A DNA stretch of 59,445 bases. Origin: Candidatus Daviesbacteria bacterium. Its GTDB lineage: Bacteria; Patescibacteriota; Microgenomatia; Daviesbacterales; UBA10151. Position numbers and translations under genes: made by a program. The stretch's first letter is position 1, and every line of letters begins with the position of its first letter. The notes under the pieces were generated by a model, which searched no databases, was not told the DNA's origin, and worked only from the letters and a program-made list of their open reading frames with translations. Location of the stretch: contig JAUYKM010000005.1 of NCBI GenBank assembly GCA_030699125.1, positions 1 through 59,445 of the forward strand, written 5' to 3'. Shown piece by piece: positions 26,559-33,803 of this stretch.

Positions 26559-27263
26559 CTAGTAAAGCCTTAAGTTGGTAATCTCTACCGTATCACTAAA
26601 AACTTCTACTTCATCTATAGAACTTTTCCATGGGATTACTACATCCTTAGCTATTGTAATGGCATGTGGTTCATAAACTACCTCTGGCTGCCATGCTGCA
26701 TATACAACATCTGGTTCATCTGGATTTATATTAATTTCTGTTACTACTTTATGCTTTGTAATTATAAATGCAAATTTTTCTGGTAAATGTAAAATAGGTG
26801 GTTCATTTCTTCTAATTTCTATTAAAGGTGTATTTCCTTCAGCCCTGCGGGCTAAAATTCCATTTCCACCAAAGAGCCAAGGTTGGTCAAATGGTTCTTT
26901 AAGTGGTTCTCCATCTGGTTGGTATCTAAAACCATAGGTAAACTCAGGAAATCCTAAGTCACGAGCAGTATAAGCGCTATAAGTTAAGTGGGTAAGTGGA
27001 TATTTCCCAGGATTACTTTTTATTAGGGAAGCAACTTCCCGAAAAGTAGCTATTCCTTCACTAATCCATGACATAAATCTGTCACCTCCTTCACGACCTC
27101 TAAATCCATTAAAAAACCTTACAACTGGTCTTATTATCGGCGGTAAACCAGCAATACGCTCAGAATGTTTTGTCCATTTCTGGCTTAACTCCTCTATTTT
27201 AGATTGAAGGTCTTGGTGGTGCAGATATTTTTCTTTAATTGCTTGGTCAACCTCGGCCGTCAT
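26559..27263 (-). CDS. Hypothetical protein (cassette cargo)
   Basis: 234-aa ORF with no recognisable motif. Confidence 0.65.
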   Translation of the reverse strand: MTAEVDQAIKEKYLHHQDLQSKIEELSQKWTKHSERIAGLPPIIRPVVRFFNGFRGREGGDRFMSWISEGIATFREVASLIKSNPGKYPLTHLTYSAYTARDLGFPEFTYGFRYQPDGEPLKEPFDQPWLFGGNGILARRAEGNTPLIEIRRNEPPILHLPEKFAFIITKHKVVTEININPDEPDVVYAAWQPEVVYEPHAITIAKDVVIPWKSSIDEVEVFSDTVEITNLRLY

Positions 27264-27299
27264 ATCTTAAGGGGAATTATATCATCTATGAAACCACAA

Positions 27300-27408
27300 T
27301 TAGAAAGGTAACATCTTTGAAGATTTAACTTTTAATGCTACAGATAATCCTTTTAAGATTTCAAAAGATGGATTTTCTTCTTCTCTTTCAATTCTAACAT
27401 TATAGCTA
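27300..27408 (-). pseudogene. XRE-HTH C-terminal remnant B2
   Basis: NSYNVRIEREEENPSFEILKGLSVALKVKSSKMLPF*; 59/62 nt identical to B1 over the core. Confidence 0.75.
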
Positions 27409-27437
27409 TTGACAAATTGTACAACTCTATGTACAAT
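27409..27437 (+). promoter_or_regulatory. TA promoter with paired TGTACA operators
   Basis: TTGACA-17 bp-TACAAT; TGTACA at 27418 and 27430, 12 bp apart, as in YefM-type operators. Confidence 0.75.
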
Positions 27438-27445
27438 AAGTTTAT

Positions 27446-27700
27446 ATGAGTAATTTAATTTCCATATCTGATGCTAGAGCAAAACTTCCTGATCTTGTTG
27501 ATAAAGTTGATAAAAATATGGATAGAGTAGTAATTACAGTAAATGGTCAGCCTAAAGCAACCCTTATAAGTGCAGAAGAGCTGGAATCACTGGAAGAAAC
27601 TGCTGAAATTCTATCAATCCCCAATATTAAAAAAGATCTTGCAAAAAGTAGAAAACAAATTAAAAAAGGTGAGTTTGTTCTTCTTTCAAACCTTAAATAA
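27446..27700 (+). CDS. Phd/YefM-family antitoxin
   Basis: ISISDARAKL, VVITVNGQPKATLIS.EELESLEET. Confidence 0.92.
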   Translation: MSNLISISDARAKLPDLVDKVDKNMDRVVITVNGQPKATLISAEELESLEETAEILSIPNIKKDLAKSRKQIKKGEFVLLSNLK

Positions 27701-27948
27701 TGCAAGTTCTTCTTTCAAAGGATGCTCAAAAACAATTCAAGAAACTTCCTGAAAATGAGCAATTAAAAGTAAAAAGAAAATTACTAACACTTGAACAAGA
27801 TCCACAAGCTGGCAAAAAGCTGGAAGGAGAGTTAAGTGACTTTCGTTCTCTCAAAGTTTGGCCATATCGTATTTTGTATGAGATAAATACTCTAGAAAAA
27901 AGAATTGAAATACACAAAATTGTTCATAGACAAAGTGCATATAAATAA
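27700..27948 (+). CDS. RelE/ParE-family toxin
   Basis: GKKLEGEL..FRSLKVWPYRILYEI, IVHRQSAYK; translationally coupled to the antitoxin. Confidence 0.92.
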   Translation: MQVLLSKDAQKQFKKLPENEQLKVKRKLLTLEQDPQAGKKLEGELSDFRSLKVWPYRILYEINTLEKRIEIHKIVHRQSAYK

Positions 27949-27965
27949 CTATCACTTGAGGTGAA

Positions 27966-28019
27966 TGTGTTCGGGGGATAAATGCCGATTAAATGGACCA
28001 TATCCCATCAACACACCAA
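27966..28019 (+). repeat. Array repeat A, copy 3
   Basis: tgtgtt-cgg-gggataaatgccgattaaatggaccatatcccatcaacacaccaa. Confidence 0.9.
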
Positions 28020-28047
28020 GTAACTAATTTGACACAGAATATCAAAG

Positions 28048-29325
28048 GTGATACTGTTCATTTACAATATGGCACTTGGCGAAACTCTAAATCGTGCCCG
28101 CGAAAGATTAATTACTCCTACTGATGTTCAACTGGTGCAAAGATTTCTAGATAGTGGCATAAAAAACGTCGTAACAGTTCCCTGTTCCATCACCCAAACA
28201 ATTGATCCGATCTGGTCAGCTAAGGCAAGCGCGGGCGAGATGAATTATTGGAAAATGGTTAATGAACACTCCTTAGTGGGAGTTACTAGTGGAGTTTATT
28301 TCGGGACAGGAGAGTTAGCACTTGCCCATATGCAAAATTCTGGTATCGGAAATGCCTTAGATGGATTTGTTTCCTACGCAGGGGTATACAAAATCCCAAC
28401 CTTAACAATTGTTACCTGGAGAGGAAATGATGCCAAAGATGATTCTGAACCCCACCAGGAAATAGGCAGAAGAACAAACAGGTTAACAAGAGATGTAGTG
28501 GATAGAAAGAGTATTTTTGGTGAGAGAAACGGAAGAGGAATTCTTAGACAGGTTGACGAAGCAGTTTTGCGGGCCAGGGAGGGAAACCCATGTATTCTTA
28601 GACTTTCTCCTGATGCCTTCAAGAAAACTTATCCTATGACACTTCCGGAGATAGTAGAGACAGATTTTCTGCATATTGATCATAGAATAGAGGAGTTAAG
28701 TGCAGGAAAGGGAGATACTATGGATAGTGTATTTAAAAGAGAAAGAATTTCCAGGGCAGAAGCAGTTCAAGGAATAACCAAGGATGAAGAGAGGGCCGTA
28801 ATCTTAAGTAATGGCTTTACAGCCCGAGAAGCTCAAGAGAAGGCAGACAGATTAGGTAACTTCTATAACGCTGGTTACATGGGTGGGGGCTTAGCAATTG
28901 GATGGGGTATGGCTAAGAGTAATCCCGATATAAAGGTAGTGGTAGTTGATGGAGATCAGAATGCAGAAATGGGTAAGATGACAGAAATTTTGGCTAATGA
29001 TTATCCTGGTAATTTAGAGTGGTATATTTTGGACAATGGGTTTGGTACATCAGTAGGTGTATCTGAGAGTGTGCCTTTGCCTTGGTGGTACTATGATTTG
29101 GCGCATGTTATTAGAACTGTTCCAGATAAACCTGGTGAATTTAAATCTCCCAGAGTTGGTGGAAGAGGAAGTTATTTTGATTTACAAGAAGCTCAGGAGA
29201 TGGCGGATAGGATTGGTCCCCTTCCTGTCCATGCTAACAGATTTAGGCACTGGGTAGAGATGAAAAGTCAAGAGAATCACCAACAAAAGAGATGGAACGA
29301 ATTCCTGGAACGAGTCTCACGATAA
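28048..29325 (+). CDS. Fused TPP-dependent decarboxylase (phosphonopyruvate/sulfopyruvate decarboxylase-like); true start may be 28069
   Basis: VTVPCS, NEHSLVG, MQNSGIGN, WRG...DSEPHQEIG, GYMGG, VVDGDQN...ILDNG. Confidence 0.82.
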   Translation: MILFIYNMALGETLNRARERLITPTDVQLVQRFLDSGIKNVVTVPCSITQTIDPIWSAKASAGEMNYWKMVNEHSLVGVTSGVYFGTGELALAHMQNSGIGNALDGFVSYAGVYKIPTLTIVTWRGNDAKDDSEPHQEIGRRTNRLTRDVVDRKSIFGERNGRGILRQVDEAVLRAREGNPCILRLSPDAFKKTYPMTLPEIVETDFLHIDHRIEELSAGKGDTMDSVFKRERISRAEAVQGITKDEERAVILSNGFTAREAQEKADRLGNFYNAGYMGGGLAIGWGMAKSNPDIKVVVVDGDQNAEMGKMTEILANDYPGNLEWYILDNGFGTSVGVSESVPLPWWYYDLAHVIRTVPDKPGEFKSPRVGGRGSYFDLQEAQEMADRIGPLPVHANRFRHWVEMKSQENHQQKRWNEFLERVSR

Positions 29326-29361
29326 ACCGCTAGGGTAAAATCTTTATGCCTCAACTTTGGC

Positions 29362-29435
29362 AAAAAAAAGGGACCAGGAGCTTGTTAGGCTGTAATGCAA
29401 AAAATGCAAAACAAAAAAACAAGACTACTGGTCCC
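29362..29435 (-). terminator. Large-loop terminator-like hairpin downstream of the adhesin-like gene
   Basis: gggaccag..cttgtt / aacaag..ctggtccc followed by T8 on the minus strand. Confidence 0.55.
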
Positions 29436-29496
29436 TACTAAACAATCTTAACGATTAACGCTTTGAGAGGCTATAGCCAATAGTTCACTAGTTCCT

Positions 29497-31557
29497 TTAG
29501 TAAGGAGTGGTGAATGGACAGAGGGTGGGGCTGGGTGTAAAAAGCACCGGGACCGATTCGTTTTCGTTGATGGTATTAACCGTCAAACGCAAAGAACACA
29601 AATCCGGAGTGCCTCCGTTGAACCAGCTTGTTAAAGCCGCGTCAGCAAGTGCGATGACCTCATCGACTGTAAGACCGCTGTTGGGGTCACCTGCATTCAT
29701 GTAAGTGGCCGAACCCATTCCCGCAAACTTGCGGACATTGAGCTTTAGAGCCAACAGCTGAGCACTCAAGAGCTCATGGCAATCTCCGCTGGAATCAGCT
29801 GGAGGCAGAAATTCGCTTTCGCGACAGTCTGCTCCGTTGCCGGTTGAACACAGGTTTCCGATCTCGCCGGGTAAGGTTTGGGAGGGCTCATCGAGACTTC
29901 CATCAGCTGCAAATACAAGATCTGCATCTTCTGGAGAGTTAACGATTAAATGCCGTCCAATTGCTTGTCCAATTAAGATTGGATTAGCTGCCAGACCGTT
30001 GTAGGTCGGATCCTTTGGTGCTTCAGGAGCTGTAGCTTCTGTTCCAGAATGAGTTTTCCAGTAACCCCAGGTTAACCCACCTTCGAAAGGAATCAGGCAA
30101 ATGTTGCCGAAGTTCTTTCCGGTGACTACCTCAGGCGGCTGTGGAGAACCATCTCCTGCGTGAAGCGGGAAAGTCTCCCGATGTCCACCCGGTGCTTCAG
30201 GGTTTAAGGCTGAGCAGAGCGTATTCTGCGGTGCAGTCTGAACCCAATCAGCATCAGGAAGAACTTCACACACCAGATAGGTGCCCGGGATCAAACCAGT
30301 GAAGGCGTACTCGCCGGACGCATTAGTGTAAGTCGTGGTAATCAGCACGCCGTTCTGGTAGAGCTCGATCCTCCAGCCTGGGATAGAAACCTCATCCCTT
30401 GATGCTCCGTCACGGTTGCTGTCATAGAACTTGCGTCCTCTGATCTCGTTCAGCTGGATGTTGCCGAACCGTAGATCCTGAGCGGATGATACTTTGCCAC
30501 TGCTCTTGGTGAGAGTGACAATGTAGTATCCATCTTTTGGATCTACTGTAGTTCCTGCAGGCTGTACCAAAGGCACATCTGCATCTGTTGGATCGGTGTT
30601 CAGCCAGTTGGCTTGGAGTACCTCGTTGACAGTGTAGGTCCCTTCCTGTCGTTCACAGAAAGAGAACTGCCCAGTCGCTGAGCTCACATCCGTGGCCAAG
30701 ACAGTGCCCGTGCCGTTTGAGCCGGAACGAAGCTGAATGGTCCAACCGGACAAACCTTCTTCGCCCGTGTCGAGATCGCCGTCAGCATTGTGATCATGGT
30801 ACTTTATTCCCACGATACAGCCAAGCTGAAGTCTTTCCCGGACTTTGAAGTTGTCGGTCTTGGTGTGACCTTGCTGGAATCCAGCCAGGTTGGCTGCCCG
30901 ACAGGCCGCTACTGTGGGACTGTTACCAGGGCCTGGTACACAGGAGAGATTTCCACCGTTTCCGGTGTAGTCATCCTCACTGGTAATCCAGGTTTTGTAA
31001 ACACCCCCGTTGTTGGGCGTGTCGTCGAACTTGTCTCCGCCGCCTGAAACCGCTCTGTTGAGCTGGATGGTTTTAGCCGATCCATGTATCCCAACATCGT
31101 GGTCGTGACCTGTCTTGTGCTCACAGCTTCCAGTGACAACTACCCCTGAGATCCGACCGTTGCTGGCAGTGAAACGCCGGCATTGGGCCGCATCGTTTGA
31201 GAGTAGTACTTCCAGGTTGTTATCAGAGCCTGGTGGAGCTGTAACCATGAAGACGTACGTTCCGTCAGCCAATCCGTCGCCGCCAGGGCCATTGGGTCCT
31301 CCATTTAGGAAGACACAATCCTTGGCATTGGCTGCCGCCGGTAAACCAACTGCTGCCAGTTGTGCATTACAGTCAGTAAAACTCGGATTAGGTCCGGGTT
31401 CGGGGTAAACGTTGCCGTTTACCTGCTCACCATGAGGGTATGATGTCCAGATTGCTCCGTTAAGAGCATGAGCAGAAACCCCATTAAGGGTAATCTGAGT
31501 AAACAACACACCAGTTAGGAGAACTAGAAATGCTGTTGCCAATATTCTGCTTCGCAC
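29497..31557 (-). CDS. Secreted SdrD-B/Cna-B repeat surface protein, GC-richer than flanks
   Basis: Signal peptide; two G.KY.D.N.DG...EEGLSGWTIQL / GTYTVNEV modules; many Cys; SD ggagga before GTG. Confidence 0.8.
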   Translation of the reverse strand: MRSRILATAFLVLLTGVLFTQITLNGVSAHALNGAIWTSYPHGEQVNGNVYPEPGPNPSFTDCNAQLAAVGLPAAANAKDCVFLNGGPNGPGGDGLADGTYVFMVTAPPGSDNNLEVLLSNDAAQCRRFTASNGRISGVVVTGSCEHKTGHDHDVGIHGSAKTIQLNRAVSGGGDKFDDTPNNGGVYKTWITSEDDYTGNGGNLSCVPGPGNSPTVAACRAANLAGFQQGHTKTDNFKVRERLQLGCIVGIKYHDHNADGDLDTGEEGLSGWTIQLRSGSNGTGTVLATDVSSATGQFSFCERQEGTYTVNEVLQANWLNTDPTDADVPLVQPAGTTVDPKDGYYIVTLTKSSGKVSSAQDLRFGNIQLNEIRGRKFYDSNRDGASRDEVSIPGWRIELYQNGVLITTTYTNASGEYAFTGLIPGTYLVCEVLPDADWVQTAPQNTLCSALNPEAPGGHRETFPLHAGDGSPQPPEVVTGKNFGNICLIPFEGGLTWGYWKTHSGTEATAPEAPKDPTYNGLAANPILIGQAIGRHLIVNSPEDADLVFAADGSLDEPSQTLPGEIGNLCSTGNGADCRESEFLPPADSSGDCHELLSAQLLALKLNVRKFAGMGSATYMNAGDPNSGLTVDEVIALADAALTSWFNGGTPDLCSLRLTVNTINENESVPVLFTPSPTLCPFTTPY

Positions 31558-31653
31558 TGTTTTCCTCCAATTACAAAACTATACTCTACTGGAATTTAAT
31601 GAGCTTATTCAGAAAGCTAACAATCTGAAAAGCATACATCCCCCCTTTCTTAA

Positions 31654-31685
31654 AGGCTATATTAAATTGTTAAGGTACCTCCTTT
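31654..31685 (-). promoter_or_regulatory. Shared leader motif, copy 1
   Basis: 27/32 identical to 56764-56794. Confidence 0.6.
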
Positions 31686-31842
31686 CCGCTCTTTAGCGTA
31701 AAAGTTAGGATCTCTCTTATTACCCAGAAAGGATAAATAGGCCGCATTTGACCTTATCCTTTTATGGTTTTAAGAGAACCTATAAATTGGTTGGGGTTGA
31801 AAAAACAAGCCGCTTTTGGCTTGAAACCCTAATCCGAATCCG

Positions 31843-31871
31843 ATAGTAATAAATCCTTAGTTAAATGTCAA
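31843..31871 (-). promoter_or_regulatory. sigma70 promoter giving a ~280-nt leader
   Basis: TTGACA-17 bp-TACTAT. Confidence 0.65.
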
Positions 31872-31986
31872 GTAATGCTGATCATAACTGATAAATATTT
31901 CATGTAAATTTTGGGGACTTAGAATAATAAACTACAGGTATGACTTAATATGGCAAACTATAACAATATCTGTTATTTAAAAAAAG

Positions 31987-33708
31987 CTAGTTTGAAAAAG
32001 GAAGTAGATCCCAAAGTTCTATTGGGTTAAGGATGGCAGATAATATGTTTGGTTCCAGGGTTCCAAAGTCTAAAATATTTTCACCGCTGATTAATTCTTT
32101 TTGAATTGTTTTAACTTTATAGTTTTCCTTTTCCAGACTAAATTCAAAAGTATAACCCGGCAACAAGTATCTTGCCTCCAAATCCCCTGATTGTCCAGCT
32201 TCAGATAAAATTATTTTTTGAACTGTTTCACCTGTCGGGCCTTTCACACTAAGTAAATATTCTCCTTTGTGAACTCTTTTCCACTTAAGAAGGCTGATGA
32301 TTTTTAATATAACCGGAGATTTTACTTCTGTGGTGAATTCAACTGATCCGCTTTCAAACTGTTCTGAGCCGAAGAATAGATTTAGTACAAGATTGAATGA
32401 GCCCTTCCCAGGCGCATGCAAATCCAGCTGAAAAGTGTATTCCTGACCAGGTTCTATCTTAGTATCTGGTGGCACCTCAACTTCTTTAATTCCTAAATCA
32501 TTTCCGCCTTTTAGAGGAATAAGCTTTACTGTTTCACTATCATTCCAGATTGACTGACCGATATTTTTAAGAGTTAAATTAATTTGGTAGCTTTCACCAG
32601 ATACAATAGTATTGTAGATTTCTCCCTTGATAAGTTGAGCTCTGTGCTCTTGCACAGGTTTTCCAGCTACTTTTGGGAGATTCTTGATAGTATGATATTG
32701 CGGATAAAAAGTGTTTTGAGTACCATTGCCATTAAATTTCTTGAAGGAAAAATGATCAAATGGCCCCTCCTGATAATCTAGCAGAAATGGTGTGATGGCC
32801 ACTATCCTTTGGGATGACCAAGCAATCTCAAATGCTGATTTATAATACTGGGCTACCTTTTCAGCTGAAGGGAAGGATGAGTATGTTTGGAGTCCTTCTG
32901 CATGTTGCCAACCAGTTTCCGTAATAAAAACAGGCAAATTTTTAGTTACTCCCATCTCTCGCAGTATCTGCAGTTCCCAGTACCAGGTTCTAATTGTGCC
33001 TCTGCCATTATCATCAGGTGAACCAGTAAAATTCGGATTGGGATAGGAGTGAGAGACCCAGCCATCCAGTTTATTAAAGATACCTGGTACTTCTTCCTCC
33101 ATCTGTCTCATAAATTTAACTTGATCTTCATATAAAGGAGGCTTTGAGGGCGCTGAGGCATCAAAACCTCCGTTGAGTACAAAATAGTCTCGATTTTTTG
33201 ATTTTAGCTCTGTGATAACCTTATCTAATACTTTTGCATACATTTTAGCGTCAACAAAATTTCCCCATTCTTTACCATGATTAGGCTCATTATAGACAAT
33301 AACATATCTGTTCTTGGTAGGCCAGTTAAGGCTATTCAAAAAGTCTGCCCAGGCTTTTTCCTCTCCCTCATAAGGCCTTTCCCATCCGTCAGCTGACGGA
33401 TCATTAAGCGGCTTGGTGGCCAGCCTAACAATGGGAATTAGGTGTTTACTTCTAAGTTCATTAAAAAACGCCTGCCATTTATTATGATCTCTGTCTTTAG
33501 ATTCAATTAAGAAAGTTACATAGCCCCAATCTCCATTGGTATTTGCCAATGATGCAGCAGGGGAAGATTCATCAGGAGTAGCATGAATAATATGAATGCC
33601 AAATTTATTATTGGGAACAGATAAAGGATCATAAACTGCTTCCACAATCTTTGTTGTAACTAATAAATACAAGGCTGCAAGAAGTAATAAGGTGGCAATA
33701 ATCCGCAT
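31987..33708 (-). CDS. Secreted clan GH-A glycoside hydrolase-like protein with C-terminal Ig-like domains
   Basis: Signal peptide; IVYNEPNH (acid/base), SHSYP, PVFITETGW (nucleophile); LKNIGQSIW Ig domain. Confidence 0.78.
   Translation of the reverse strand: MRIIATLLLLAALYLLVTTKIVEAVYDPLSVPNNKFGIHIIHATPDESSPAASLANTNGDWGYVTFLIESKDRDHNKWQAFFNELRSKHLIPIVRLATKPLNDPSADGWERPYEGEEKAWADFLNSLNWPTKNRYVIVYNEPNHGKEWGNFVDAKMYAKVLDKVITELKSKNRDYFVLNGGFDASAPSKPPLYEDQVKFMRQMEEEVPGIFNKLDGWVSHSYPNPNFTGSPDDNGRGTIRTWYWELQILREMGVTKNLPVFITETGWQHAEGLQTYSSFPSAEKVAQYYKSAFEIAWSSQRIVAITPFLLDYQEGPFDHFSFKKFNGNGTQNTFYPQYHTIKNLPKVAGKPVQEHRAQLIKGEIYNTIVSGESYQINLTLKNIGQSIWNDSETVKLIPLKGGNDLGIKEVEVPPDTKIEPGQEYTFQLDLHAPGKGSFNLVLNLFFGSEQFESGSVEFTTEVKSPVILKIISLLKWKRVHKGEYLLSVKGPTGETVQKIILSEAGQSGDLEARYLLPGYTFEFSLEKENYKVKTIQKELISGENILDFGTLEPNILSAILNPIELWDLLPFSN
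33384..33401. repeat. 18-bp perfect palindrome within coding sequence
   Basis: atccgtcagctgacggat; same family as tccgccagctggcgga at 52913. Confidence 0.6.
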
Positions 33709-33803
33709 ATATTTGGAGCCTTACATTTTATCATAAATATGTTGTTTACGTTTGCTATTTGGTTAAAAGTAATGTACAATTCGGATTTAAATCTGCCTTT
33801 TTT

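Noticed and set aside
25171-28019. Repeat A as a CRISPR array
   Set aside because: Intervals are 1.2-1.5 kb and contain whole genes; no cas genes; no 25-45 bp spacers.
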